DNA of 63,318 nucleotides, filler included, from Octopus bimaculoides (taxonomy: Eukaryota), in the NCBI RefSeq assembly GCF_001194135.2. It is 6 parts of 5 records of this genome, joined end to end, with 100 filler letters (N's around TTAATTAATTAA, not from the genome) between each part and the next. Parts side by side here need not be neighbours in the genome. Positions count along the whole stretch, not along the records: positions 56,236 to 63,318 come from NW_026410900.1; 5 more parts are not named here. One strand, 5' to 3'. Position numbers and translations under genes: made by a program. The notes under the pieces are model-generated. The model saw only the letters and a program-made list of their open reading frames with translations. It was not told the origin of the DNA and searched no databases. Positions 63,311 to 63,318 of the stretch are shown here, in pieces; the stretch's first letter is position 1; every line of letters begins with the position of its first letter.

Positions 63311-63318
63311 TATATATA

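Overview
AT-rich, gap-riddled animal genomic DNA dominated by microsatellites and transposon debris. The repeat landscape resembles that of an Octopus draft assembly (inference from recognised repeat families, not checked by search). I found no host protein-coding gene, RNA gene or CRISPR array that I can support; nearly all ORFs in the supplied track come from microsatellites or run through N gaps. Supported content: (1) a co-oriented stack of at least four decayed R4/Dong-clade non-LTR retrotransposons (RT plus restriction-like endonuclease, RLE) at 30.5-37.1 kb, with (TAA)n at some junctions; (2) a second R4-like lineage bounded by (CATA)n at 41.7-44.4 kb and 61.6-62.1 kb; (3) fragments of an RTE LINE, a CR1/L2-like LINE 3' end, a Penelope-like element (GIY-YIG) and a mariner; (4) about 30 SINE copies or fragments, under my own working labels S1 (tRNA-like head, internal (TA/TG)n, (AGTAAAAG)n tail), S2 (head GGCGGCGAGCTGGCAGAATCG, tail types A/B/C) and S3; (5) a 1.83-kb-period duplication with mosaic identity, a 22-23 bp minisatellite and several hairpins. 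The most interesting signals are a 3' stem-loop shared by the LINE and SINE S1 with compensatory base changes, relic minimal hammerhead ribozymes in Penelope-type termini, two microsatellite-associated R4 lineages, and tandem SINE arrays with conserved short spacers. These fit known classes of biology; none is demonstrated to be a new system. Boundaries are by eye and approximate unless an exact motif is quoted.
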